Source: Eukaryota sp. GEM-RC1
Lineage: Eukaryota
NCBI GenBank assembly: GCA_040285855.1
Contig: JAUFOQ010000005.1
Coordinates: 1,922,001 to 1,986,000, forward strand
DNA length: 64,000 nucleotides
Direction: 5' to 3'
The translations under genes and the position numbers were made by a program. A model generated the notes under the pieces. The model was not told the DNA's origin. It worked only from the letters and a program-made list of their open reading frames with translations, and did no database searches. Below are positions 23,653 through 35,413 of this stretch, in pieces (position 1 is the first letter of the stretch; each line of letters opens with the position of its first letter).

Positions 23653-25599
23653 ATGAACACACCATCTAAAAAACCCAGAGGACGGCGTCCTTCTAACAGT
23701 AGGCCTGTTCCTGGATCTAAACAGACACCTTCTTCTGTTCCAAAAGACAGTCCTCATCTTCGTCGAACCAATTCCATTATCAACATCGAAAAGGCACCCA
23801 CAAAACCTGTCAATCAGCTAAACTTACCACCTCAAGAACTGGAAAATGACATTCAACGTGTTCTAACCACCGAAAATCCCAACGCCCTTTCTAATACAGT
23901 TGAGTTTAGCCGCTCTGTACACGATGGTCATCCTCTCAATGCCTACGTCAACGTCTCCACCAATTCTTCCATGGAAACATTCTTCTCTCTAACAGGCCCC
24001 TTGCTCTCAACTCTTCCTAAACAACAAGAACAATCAAATCCCTCAAAGAACCAGTTTAACTACATTGACCGAGGTAACCAGACTCTCCCTTACTTCCACC
24101 CCAAACACGATGCCGCCACGTCAGCAGCTGAAACACGTCGCACTGTCTTTAGTGGATCTGTCTCAAATGGATTTATAGTGGACGCATATGAACATCACTT
24201 AAATCCTCAAGTCCCAGATAGTAAGAGCACTAAACAAGAAGCTTTGGGGCGATCCTCTTTAATAGCTGAACGAATGGTTCTTCAGAACATTAATTCTGAG
24301 ATCATTTCTGACTTCCAATCATTTGACCATCAAGCTGACCTTGTTGATCCCACTGTCGCATCACTCCTTCCTCTTTGGAAACTTTCCGCTTTCGGTAAGT
24401 CTGATGATCTGCCCAAGAGCAAATCACTCAGAACAGTGACCTCCATGGCCTGGAATCCTCTTCATCCCGATCTTGTTGCAGTCTCACTAGGGTCGTTTGA
24501 TTTCTCTATTCAAGGAGGTGGTGCTGTTTTACTTTTTTCATTAAAGAGTCCGCATTTCCCATTGTCAATTGAAAGACTAGACTCAGGTGTTTTGTCATTG
24601 GATTGGAATGCTGAGGAGCCGTGGCTTTTAGGGACAGGATTGTATGACGGTCGGGTGATGGTATTTGATTGTCATGATGTGGGGTCAATCAAAGTCTTGG
24701 CAAAGTCTACAGCTGTGACTGGAAAACATTATGATTGCTGCTGGCAAGTGCAATGGCTACCACCAATCAAAAATGATGAGGATGATTTCGTCTGCCAAAA
24801 GCTATTATCAATCGGAAATGATGGAAGAGTTCTTTCATGGGAGTTGACTAGAAATCAGTCAAAATGGTTGCCAAAGATATTCTCCACTTAACCGATGCAG
24901 ATGGAGCTTCTCTATTGTTTTCTTGTTTTGAACTTTGTCCTTTTGATCCAAGGATCTTTCTATTAGGAACTGAGAGCGGACGTTTGTATAAGTGCTCGTT
25001 GTCTAGTCAGACGCCGTTGTTTCCAGTATCAATCACATGAACTTGCCGTTTACGCTACTAGATGGTCTCCTTTCAATCAAACTGCGTTTTTGACCTGTTC
25101 AGCTGATTGGTCGGTCAGATTATATTCCTTAACTTCTGCAAATCCACTGTTATCATTGAATCTTGGTGGTTCTGTTACTGACATTCATTGGTCACCACTT
25201 AGTTCAACTATCTTTGCGGCTTCAGTATTGAATGGAACAATGATGGCTTTTGATTTGGCAAAATGTTCGTTTGCTCCGATTTCGAAACAGATAGTTTCTG
25301 AAAAGGGCAAGTTGTCGTGTCTTAGATTTAATCAGCATCATCCAATCATTTTGATTGGTGATGATAGAGGCAACTGTCACGTCATGAAGTTGTCTCCTAA
25401 TTTGAGACCTGATGTTGTTTCTGCTTTTACTAAGACTTCAAGTACTAATATTAAAGTAGCTCTGACTCTTGAGGAATTAGCTTTAATGTCTGGTGACCTA
25501 GATCAGAATGATGACGATTCGGTTTCCGTTGAGAACAAAGTACGTCGTGCACAGGAAGAAGAGTTGAGGAAAGTCATGGTTGCTGCTGGTAATTCTTGA
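23653..25599 (+). CDS. DNAI1: Axonemal outer-arm dynein intermediate chain 1 (IC78-like, WD40); two apparent frameshifts
   Basis: NQFNYIDRGNQT, ERMVLQN, LLPLWK, FLLGTESGRLYKCS, HELAVYATRWSPF, TCSADWSVRLY, GDDRG..KLSPNLR. Frame changes near 24860 and 25022. Confidence 0.88.
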
Positions 25600-25776
25600 G
25601 TATTTTAAAAATTGTAGTTTATGTAAAATATAAATTATTTGGGTTTTTTGAATTAATGCCGAATTATTCAATTATTTATACGATGTCTGCTATTTATGCA
25701 AATTACAACACTGATTTTAATAACAAACTTGAATTCTTTCACAAAATTATACAATAACAAACTAGACAACTTTGAC

Positions 25777-26697
25777 TTATAACAATCTCTTTGCCCTCGC
25801 TGCTATTCGAATTCCTCTGTACAATTGCTCCTCCTTTACAGTAAAATCACTTTCATCTAGAAACTCTAGAGCTTCTCTCAATCCTGAAATAGCCCATGGT
25901 TTAATTAATTCATTGATTTCTGATTCAAAATCCTCATAAACTAATAAAGTCGAAACCGCTTCTAATCCCATAGAATACCAGTGAGGGGAAAACTTGTCTT
26001 TGTGAGAAGTTAAATGGAGAATTATTCTACTAATCAAATCACAATCAATGATTGACTGGCACACCATCGAGTCGATTCGTTCAATTGCAGAAGCCAGACA
26101 GTGAATGTAGGGAATAACCAGAGCTTCTTGAGTTCTGCCAGGATCTTGGTTATCCAATACCAGAATAGACTTGTCTGCTAACAGACTAGAGCAATAGAGG
26201 ATGAATTCGGGGAGGGAGATTGTGTGGAAAACTTCACTGTAGTGTAACAGACCTTCTAAAAGAGCTCCAGCACCTTCCTCAAACTGAATGATGAAGTCTG
26301 CAAGTTGCCGACACGTCATGTTAGTAGTAGCGCTCTGTTTCCTAAGTAATTCTCTAAAGGACTCGCCTTGGTTACTCGGGTTGGAGAGGAACTCCTTGTA
26401 GGAGGATAGCAGCTTGATGAGAAGATGCACCTTGGTCTCTTCTACAATGATTCGAAGGACTGTTTTGTTGGCCTCCCATAGAGTCTTTTCAAGATCGGAC
26501 GATGAAGCACGCTCTGACTGGGCAAGAATAGCAAGTTGATGGAGAACAGAGGACAGGGAAAGCCACTCAGGAGATAGAACTGGGTGTAGTTTTATTTGCG
26601 AAATCTTTGAGCGGATGTCAGATTCCTTCCAGTTAGAAACGCCGACTGAAGCAATATCCACCTGGGAGAAAGATGAAAGATAATTCTTGTTTGGCAT
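25777..26697 (-). CDS. Hypothetical alpha-helical protein (~306 aa)
   Basis: Coding-like ORF from MPNKNY (ATG at 26697), convergent with DNAI1. The extension to 27063 runs through the adjacent MITE repeats. Confidence 0.7.
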   Translation of the reverse strand: MPNKNYLSSFSQVDIASVGVSNWKESDIRSKISQIKLHPVLSPEWLSLSSVLHQLAILAQSERASSSDLEKTLWEANKTVLRIIVEETKVHLLIKLLSSYKEFLSNPSNQGESFRELLRKQSATTNMTCRQLADFIIQFEEGAGALLEGLLHYSEVFHTISLPEFILYCSSLLADKSILVLDNQDPGRTQEALVIPYIHCLASAIERIDSMVCQSIIDCDLISRIILHLTSHKDKFSPHWYSMGLEAVSTLLVYEDFESEINELIKPWAISGLREALEFLDESDFTVKEEQLYRGIRIAARAKRLL

Positions 26698-26742
26698 AGT
26701 TTCGACGGAAGTGCAAGTGTTGAATTCATTTGGGGTGCATAC

Positions 26743-27294
26743 TAGGGCTGCCAATGGGAGATGGGAGTTTCTCCCACTCCCAACACGTGTTCTCCCACTA
26801 CCACTCCCACCTCCCACTTGGTCATAGGTGAGACTCCCACTCCCACTCCCACTCCCAACAAATTCTCCCAACTCCCACCCAACTCCCATTTGGTTCAGGG
26901 TCTTCAGCAGCTTCATAAAGTCGTTCTGACAGTATTTGGACTTCATAATCTTCAGATAAATCAAGCGATGACATTGGTTGAAATTTACAGATGAACAACC
27001 ACACTCTTTATAAAACGAAAATAAATAAAATACCAAAACAAAAACAGTAAAAATGTAATACACTTAGTCCTATTAATATTCTAGAAAAATTATAACTGTA
27101 TTTGTCTAGCTAGCTTGTTTCTGTCTTAAAATTGAAGTTAGAGTTGTGTCTGCAAATGGGAGATGGGAGTTTTTGGGAGTTCCCACCTCCCAAAGAAGAG
27201 CTCCCACTCCTACTCCCAAAAATTGCTACTGAAGCTCCCACTCCCACTCCCAAGGGTCATGGGAGATGGGAGTTGGGAGAAATTGACAGCCCTA
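26743..27294. mobile_element. hAT-type MITE with CTCCCA/TGGGAG subterminal arrays
   Basis: TIR TAGGGCTG..CAGCCCTA and many CTCCCA(CT) repeats at both ends. No TSD found. Confidence 0.75.
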
Positions 27295-28699
27295 CTGTGA
27301 ATTTTTTTAAGTGCATTTGTGGGACTTTTCCAATTTCCCCACATTGTATTATTTCACACAGATCATTTTCTGCATGACTCGATCTTTAGACCTTCTCTGC
27401 GATCCTGACGTAGATCTCTTCACTCTAACACATCACGCGAGTGAAGATACAGAAGTACGCACTGTTTAGACATATTCATGGCTTTATCATACTGATGCTG
27501 CGGTTCCTTCCTAGACGCCGTCCACTATACTCCTTGATATCTTCGGATTTCACAGCATCCCTGTCTTCATGACACGTTTATGTCACAGTGTGATGATCGA
27601 GATAGGTGATATTTATACTCCTGCGCAAGCCCCTACTCTTCACATGTTCTATGCTTGTTGCGTCACGGACGTCACATTTTGTATCTTTGTATCTACCGTT
27701 AGTTAGATCTTCATTCAGTGCATATGCGGGGAGAATCTGTTAGTCAGAGACACCCAACAGCTTCCATCTATCAATCACGGTTCTCTCTTAAGGGATCTTT
27801 CGAGGAGACTTCTGGTTTACAAATTAACTAGGAACTTCAAGAACAAGGATCGACACTTTCGACGATCCTGGGTTAATCAATAAACAGATCTTCGTTCTAC
27901 AGAATATACCCACATCTGAGTTGAACATAACATGACCACTCATGAGTCATGGCTTTGTTTTCCGTTATTTACGTGGGTGCACAGTGTCCGTGATCATTTC
28001 ATGAACCACTGTTCTTCATATGATATATGTAAGATGGTCTTAGACTATGGTACTTTCAGCACTAGCTATTTATTGAGAATATACATACGTTTACCTAATA
28101 AAACGATCACACATGTCTGCTATACACAGAGCTTCGATAACTCGGGACTACACACAAAGGAAATGGAGAAATTGGCTTACCACATAAGAACCCAAGATGG
28201 TTGTTATCTAGACATAAGTAGTTTCAAGCAGCCCTTAGGTTTACAAGTAACAAGACTGACATGTAATGTTTGGCATTGATCATGTCAAAAGTGTATACCA
28301 GTTTGAAGGAGTCAGGAGAGTCAAGGATTATGAGTTTGGACACACTATTACAGAGACACTGGAAGGAAGAGACGGATATGAAGGCATTTTGATGTGAAAA
28401 GTCTGTGGGAAAGAGCTGTAAGAAAGTTGTGAAATATGCATTTCAGGTGAAGAGCACAGTAGTGCATACTCCCCAAAATCATTTTACCCCAAATACTCTT
28501 CACTCCATAACCACATATCCCAAACTGAAACACTTATACCTTCTTTGATGGATTCCATACATCTTTTGATATCAAGTGTTGAGCTTCTTTCAAGATAGAG
28601 ACGTGTTTGCAGGTATTCGTTCTTAGAATTGTGAACCGTGTTCAACCATGTCATGAATAAACTCAACGTTGTGCAAACATCCTACTACACATACATCAC

Positions 28700-28930
28700 A
28701 TTGACATCTTATCCTCCAAAGGAAAACACTAAGGTTTGCTACAACTATGATCGTGTAATACACTGCTGTGTCTTCAGTCATTTTTGACTGTATTTTTGCA
28801 TAGCTAAATTGAAGCTAATGATGTGTTTGTAGATGGTACAATGTACCAAACTGACCAATTGCAGTTGTATTTATAGGAGTCAGATCAAATTCTGAATTGC
28901 CTGCACACAAATAATTGCACCTCAATACAT
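28700..28930 (+). pseudogene. MULE transposase remnant
   Basis: Reads DVFVDGTMYQTDQLQLYFIG, the first catalytic Asp motif (DGT..QLY) of MULE transposases. The surroundings are decayed. Confidence 0.45.
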
Positions 28931-29084
28931 GCCCTTTACTTTAACAAACTGGGACCTTCTTCAAGATGGCGAAGAATTTGAACAACTTCGTCAGGATGCT
29001 ATCTGGAATGAGACTAAGGTCAACGACATCAAGTCCATGAAGCTTCCACATAAGACACAAAGACACAAAGTTATTACTACATGT

Positions 29085-29279
29085 ACAACATTTGGTGATA
29101 CAACATTTGTAACTACAACATTTGGTGATACAACATTTGTAACTACAACATTTGTAACTACAACATTTGGTGATACAACATTTGTAACTACAACATTTGT
29201 AACTACAACATTTGGTGATACAACATTTGTAATGACAACATTTGGTGATACAACATTTGTAACTACAACATTTGTAATG
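29085..29279 (+). repeat. 15-bp minisatellite, 13 units, with variant types ACAACATTTGGTGAT and ACAACATTTGTAA(CT/TG)
   Basis: Directly visible. Translates as TTFGD/TTFVT repeats and keeps overlapping frames open. Confidence 0.95.
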
Positions 29280-29383
29280 AAAGTGTCGTATGTGTAATGA
29301 ATTGTTGACATTGATATTTTTTTCTTCTATATATAATGTCGTTAAACACAACCAATAAAATATACAACCTCAGTTTATCAAAC

Positions 29384-30812
29384 TTAACTAACACTATTAT
29401 ATCCTCCCATCACCCTCGCAAACATAACAGCCAACGAAAACGACTCCTTATATCCAATCCCGCAACAATACTCACTCATCACTTCACGAAATTCATCCAA
29501 TATTCCCAAACATTGTTCATCACAAACCAAATCATCATTTAAATCTAATATCGACACAACAAAAGTATTGGTCAACGACAACACATTAAAGTACTTGTCC
29601 CTATCATTCAAATGAAAACTCAAAATTTTGGCCATTATTAAATTTAAAACTTTTAAAAATTGAATTTTGGAAGACTGTTTGATGTTGTATCACTTTGGTT
29701 CTATTGTAGTGATACTCAGTTACAACATTGGTAACAAAAGATTTGTAACACAATATATGTAACACAAGATGAAACTATCAAAATTACCTATATTTTCCAA
29801 TCTTTTCAAAATTAAATATAATTCAAATAAAACACACATACCAGTCTTTTCATCATTTTCCAAATACTCTTTCAAAACATGAAACAATTCCACAAGCACA
29901 TCACTACAATAGCGTTCATCAACATTATCGCTACCAATCACATCGCTAATGTAACAGTTTCTTATTGTTTTCACTTCCATACTTGATGAAGAATCAGACA
30001 CAATACAATTTAGTACATTATCGACAATTGACTGAATTCCAATAGTTAAGTCCACTCTCAATTGTTTGTAAGTAGCAACACGATCATACTCCAAAATAGG
30101 AGACAATGATATTGTTTCATAAGTCACATTGTTAGTTTGTTAATATTCACATATGGAATCACATTTTTCACTTTCAAAGCTTTCAGTCTGAACTTCCTTG
30201 AGACAAAATCGTTTTTCATCATCAATACGAGGAAATACTTGGGAACTTTTTCTTTCTACACCAGCATTAATATTCTTTTGTAATAATAATTTCTTCGTTG
30301 GTAAAGGGGTTTTCTTCAAACGGGGAAGTGATGGTAGAGTAATGTTGCCTCGTGGTAATTGAGGAAGTTTAGACTTATTGACACCAATCTCTGGGGAATT
30401 TTTGTTAAAAATTGAGTCACAATTAATAAATTTGGAGAGGAATATTAGTATCATCTTCTTCATCATTTACCACAAAATCATCTAAACTTGTTGAAATTGA
30501 ATCACTATCAGATTCATCACCAGAATCGGATCCTGATAGTAGTGCTTCTGTTTCAAATAAATTTGATTTTTCGAAATGGTTTAAATGATTTTTGTCCAAG
30601 TCAATAATTTGATTATCAATATTTTCAATAATTTGTTCATCAACATTATCAACAATAACTTCATCAACAACTTCATCAACACAATGAACATCTTCAGGAA
30701 CAACATCATCATCCATAATTGGTACACTCGATTCTGCACAAAAGTTTGCAAACAATGAATTAAAATGATTGAAATCTCGTTGAAGACAATGTTGATTTCC
30801 CAAAACATTCAA
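29384..30812 (-). pseudogene. Hypothetical cargo ORFs (acidic, low complexity) downstream of PIF1
   Basis: Same-strand ORFs 30423-30812, 30140-30466, 29720-30127 and 29384-29635. No recognisable domain. Confidence 0.4.
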
Positions 30813-30845
30813 ATCAATAGTGGATGGCTTAACAGGATGAAAAGT

Positions 30846-32275
30846 TCAATAATACCATTGATACAATTCCAAATTTTGTACTGGATAACTTCTTCCAATG
30901 CTTAAAATCTTTAAACTCCTCCAAGACCTAACCCTACTTAAGGTCACATAAAGTTGGGCATATTCCCAAAACTGGATAGCAACTTCAATCCCGTCAATTG
31001 TTAAACCTTGGGATCGATGCACTGTTATTGCCCAGCAAGGTCTTAGCGGAAACTGAATTCTTTTCGCCACTTGAACAGGTCTTCCGATTTCGTTCAAGTG
31101 TTCGATAGCAAACCTTGACTGACTGATTCTTTTTGGTTCTGCTTCAGTGTTGAACCTAACATCAATATATGAATCTGAAAAATTAACAATAACTCCTTTT
31201 GAACCATTAACTAGTCCAAGTTCAGGCTTATTTTGAGTGTACATCACTTGTCCACCCACAACGCAGTCTAGTTTTTTTTTCAGCAAAGTCATCCAAGCGA
31301 CTTGTCAGGACCGAAGTTTCAATGTCATAATATTTTTCCAAATTAGATTCATTGACTGGAAATCTAGAACTTCTTTTTCTAATTTAAGATTCTAATTCAG
31401 ATTCATTGAATTTGTCAACAGCTACAAATTCAATTGAATCTGAATTTTGGCCAGAATTTTGTATTGTTTTAAATTTTCTCTAGCAACATCAGTATTCCTT
31501 CCGTATAAAATTGTTGGTTTTCAACAGATTCTGCTGTTTCGAAATGAGTACGCAGAATTGATTTCATAAAATTATCTAGTAGACCCAATCTCAATTGATT
31601 TAGAAAATTAAAAAATTGTGAGTCTGATTGCAGCCGAATACTTCCAGCCAGTTCACAATATTTAAAATTTAAACTGTTCCAAGCTCTTGATGAAAAAGCG
31701 AAATCAGAAATTATCACTTTTCGATTTCCTTTTCCATCAAGACTTTTCACAACAGGGGCTAATTGAAGAAAGTCCCCAAAACAAATTATCTGAATTCCTC
31801 CAAATGGTTTCTTCGGGAAGTGACATTTTTGCGTGTGCATAAGTTCGCTCAAAATGTCACTCGCTCGTTGAAACAATTTGGAGGACAACATTGAAATTTC
31901 ATTAATGATTAACATTGAATTATTTGGAGTAATTTTTTTTAACAAAATTTTGACATTTGATGGCATACATTTAATAACATCATGAATGAATTCTTCTTCT
32001 TTCATAAACTTATAACCAAACAGTGAGTGTATGGTCTGTCCACCAAAAACAGTTGATGCAACCCCAGTTGTTGCAGTGAAAAAGATTTCACCATTAGCAC
32101 GCATGAGACGAGATCCGACGTTACTCCACCAGTTTTTGAGTGCATGTAAAAGATAAGATTTTCCTGATCCTGCACCGCCAGTGACAAAGAAGTTGCGTCT
32201 GCTGGTAGTGATTGCGTTAAAGATCTCACGTTGGTCATCTGTGAGATTGATGTTGTGTATAGTGGTTGGTGGCAT
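30846..32275 (-). pseudogene. PIF1-family SF1B DNA helicase, disrupted
   Basis: Walker A GGAGSGKS, TATTGVAS, GQTIHS, Walker B altered to INEISM, FGGIQIICFGDFLQLAPV, LVNGSKG, QFPLRPCWAITVHRSQGLT, YVTLSR. Broken between 31292 and 31469. Confidence 0.9.
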
Positions 32276-32458
32276 TGAGTTGATGGATTGTTTGAGCGCA
32301 GGGAAACTTGGTCTTCATCAAATTTCTCTTTCACTTCAAACTATGACTTTATCCAGGGACTGTATTTCAATGGGAAAATATCAGAAATGTCCACGCACAT
32401 CTCGCCTATCAAAAATGCCCACATTGTACGATGCTTTATTCGACAGTTACTTGTACTT

Positions 32459-33106
32459 CTATACCTCATCTAAACATCCATTAAGAACCTCGTTTGCATT
32501 ATCGATGGATCTTTCCTCATCATCGTAATCTACAAGATGAACTTCTTCCATTTCGACCTCGTCTCTCTCTTGATCACATACTGCTAACCAACTATCTGCT
32601 TTTGTCATTCTTGCTTGTTTAGCTTTCTTGGGGAAGACTCCGTTTCTCTTCTTTTGACGTGTTCCAGGAGTCTTCTGAATAAGAGAAGGATTGATTGTAG
32701 GATACTGATTTCTCTTGTTCCACTCTTTTACGGGTGGGATGATAGGTAGTCTGCCTTCGTTGGTTTTTTTGTAGTTAACCAAAGAGTGGAACTCGTCAAT
32801 AGCTTCCAAAGATCTCATTTTTATCTTTAAATAAACAGCAAGAGTGTGGCAGTATCGATAGCCTTTCTTTTGCCATCCATTACATGTAAAAGTGTTTTCA
32901 TGTTTGTTAACAATAAAATGGACATCATTCTTACCAACTACTTCATAAATATCGTCGTTTGACCCAAAAGTTTTGAACGTTCGAGCCAAAATCATTTCTT
33001 TTGGGCTCCAGACATTTCCTGTTTCATATGTTCGACAATATCTCGGGGGCATATAAATTGTTAGCACGGTGTTTACTAACAATATTGGGCAGCTCAGGAT
33101 ATGCAA
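32459..33106 (-). pseudogene. MULE transposase C-terminal fragment with degenerate SWIM zinc finger
   Basis: NTFTCNGWQKKGYRYCHTLAV (consensus CxCxxWQxxGxPCxH), then FHSLVNYKKT and a basic PGTRQKKR segment. Confidence 0.65.
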
Positions 33107-33354
33107 CGACGATACGCAAACGAGACACTAGCTGTTTATTATACAAGACGGAGAATCAAAGACCAAGGGGTAACAATGTCTACAAGGTGACATTGGCATT
33201 TAACATGTGTATCGGGTGTATGCCGTCAGCAAATGTCACTAGCCTTCAGTTTGGGGAGTCACATAACTCTAAAAGAACGAGAAGTAACAGAGTGTGGCTT
33301 TGTTGTGGATATGAGTTTGGATGAAGAAATTGTAGATGTAGATACAAGACTGGA

Positions 33355-33441
33355 TGTGTAACACAACATTTGTAATACAAGATCTGTAATACAAGATCTG
33401 TAATACAAGATGTGTAACACAAGATTTGTAACACAAGATGT
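33355..33441. repeat. 14-bp tandem repeat, about 6 copies (TGTAA[T/C]ACAAGAT[C/G/T])
   Basis: Directly visible. Related copies at ~29735-29770 and a core shared with the 29085 array. Confidence 0.85.
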
Positions 33442-33457
33442 GTTTTACAATATTTAT

Positions 33458-34279
33458 TTAGTTACACAGATACTTACAAACATACTTCACTACACTATCA
33501 GTAAAATGCAACAACTCATCACATAAATTATCCACATCAATCTCATCATTTCCTGACATTTTCCAAGTCAAAACATGTTTCAAATCAACAAAATCACTTC
33601 GTTCTAAAAAAAAAATAAACAAATTGACAACTCCAGTATAATCATTACAATTACCTTTTGCTAAAACAATGTTAACAAACATCAAAACAAACTTTGAAAC
33701 AGTTAGAAAATAATCATTGTCCTCAAGTAATAGCAACAATTTATCCTCAATCTTTTTAAAATAAACAAATCTTAAATGACCATCATCATGAAGTGAACTT
33801 TGGAGGAAAGCAGGAATTAATAAAGTTGTAGAAGATCGAGAAGTGTGACAAAATAATATTCCAACTGAACAAGCAAAACTAGTGATCAGCAAATGTAAAT
33901 GCTTCAAAAACAAACAAGTATCATCATTGAGACAACAATGAAGAAGAATATCAATTAACCCTGTCCAATTGAGAAAACTGTTGAGTAGAGGCGTGAACTG
34001 CCAAAGATGAGATACTCTGATTAAGACTTCCTCAACATTAGAAGTTTCTGATGAAGGGTAGAACAGAGTTGACACAAGATCTTTTAAGGAAGTTGATATA
34101 GATGTGGTCACAAAATCATCTAGAGAAGTACAATGACAACAATTGCATAAGGTTATCAAACTTCTGTTATAGTGTTCATGAAACTGTGCTAACAGACCTG
34201 ACATCACTTCAAGAGAAGATTCGTTCAAAGACATTGAGATTCCGATGAAGGAGAATTTGTTTACCGGCAAAATTTGCAT
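33458..34279 (-). CDS. Hypothetical helical protein
   Basis: 273-aa open frame; probable start at MSLNESS. No recognised domain. Confidence 0.5.
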   Translation of the reverse strand: MQILPVNKFSFIGISMSLNESSLEVMSGLLAQFHEHYNRSLITLCNCCHCTSLDDFVTTSISTSLKDLVSTLFYPSSETSNVEEVLIRVSHLWQFTPLLNSFLNWTGLIDILLHCCLNDDTCLFLKHLHLLITSFACSVGILFCHTSRSSTTLLIPAFLQSSLHDDGHLRFVYFKKIEDKLLLLLEDNDYFLTVSKFVLMFVNIVLAKGNCNDYTGVVNLFIFFLERSDFVDLKHVLTWKMSGNDEIDVDNLCDELLHFTDSVVKYVCKYLCN

Positions 34280-34914
34280 GAACTCATCAACAAACGTTTT
34301 GTCTCGGAAACGTCGTCTTTCGGCTTATCAGAGGAAGTATGCATCTAAACATCAAGATGTATACAATGTCTTTTCTTTTACTGAGACAAAATCAACTCCT
34401 TCTACTTCATCTTACAATCTCGGCATCAATGGAGATTTTATCTTAGTCACCCGAGCTGCTGATAGTACTTCTCATATCGCAGTGTCCACCAACAATTCAA
34501 CATGGTTTAAAAATGTTGTTGGTGATAATCTTAAGGAAAACATTGAACAAAGAAACTCATATGCTTGAAGAAAAGAATGGTACCATTAATTCCTTGTCAT
34601 CTCAAAATTTATATAATGTTATGATTCAAGATCAATCTGACTCAGCATTAGACTTGTCTGATCTTGCAGAACATGAACAACATCAAAAAGTTTCATGTTC
34701 TGCAAGACTAGCTAAGATGAAGAAGTCTAAATCTCCAAAGGCTGTTAGAGAAGAAAACTTATTGAATGATGAAGATGAATCAAGTAATGCAAGCAATGAG
34801 TTAGAGTCAGAATCAACTGAAATCACTTCGACCCCACTTCCTCCTCTTAATTCTCTTGTCGAAAGGTCTAGTTTTATGAAGAACCCTTTTGATAAGGGGT
34901 CAGATTCCTATTAA
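34245..34914 (+). pseudogene. Hypothetical protein, divergent from 33458-34279, one frameshift
   Basis: Overlapping ORFs 34245-34568 and 34513-34914; basic RKRR motif and an acidic C-terminus. Confidence 0.4.
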
Positions 34915-35413
34915 TAAACACATGTTTCGTATCATTGTGTTTCATAAACACGTAACATATCAAATGTTCGTTATATTGAGTAAGAATTGAATGAATAGGA
35001 AAAACATATTGACCTACATAGCGGATGCCAAAGCAATGTTTATCAAGCAGAACCTATGTTGAGGCTAGATTCTAGAGTACTACAATGATCATGAGAACAA
35101 AGATCTTACTGTAGTAGTATCACACTTTTGTAAGATTGACTCCCAGTCCTCGTGTGATGACTTTTTCTTCACCAGTACTCAGCTTACATCTAACGTATAC
35201 TTGGTAGAAAAGCTCAGAGTCCGTAATTCAGAAAGAAACTGGTCAAATCTAAGACACAAGCTTGTGAAATGTTTACGTTATGTATAATAAGGAATCATAA
35301 GTCCATGAAAGTAAGGATTAGACTACAAGTCAAGAGACCATTCTGCAAGGAAGTTTGAAAAGAAAAGGTGTCAAAAGAGGATATCTACAACTAGAAGTAG
35401 AGTCTGTACAGAG

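Noticed and set aside
26698..27063. Gly/Ser-rich N-terminal extension of the 428-aa ORF
   Set aside because: It is a translation of the TGGGAG repeats of the MITE; the likely start is the ATG at 26697.
26743..27294. Telomere-like or G-quadruplex array
   Set aside because: The repeats occur in both orientations inside TAGGGCTG terminal inverted repeats, which fits transposon subterminal motifs better.
29085..29279. CRISPR-like array or genuine repeat proteins (TTFGD, KCCSY and NVVSP frames)
   Set aside because: Contiguous 15-bp units with no unique spacers. The overlapping ORFs are a by-product of a stop-free minisatellite.
30846..33106. Helitron RepHel
   Set aside because: No HUH/Y2 Rep motifs were recognised upstream of PIF1, the neighbour is SWIM/MULE-like, and no Helitron 3' hairpin-CTRR end was identified.
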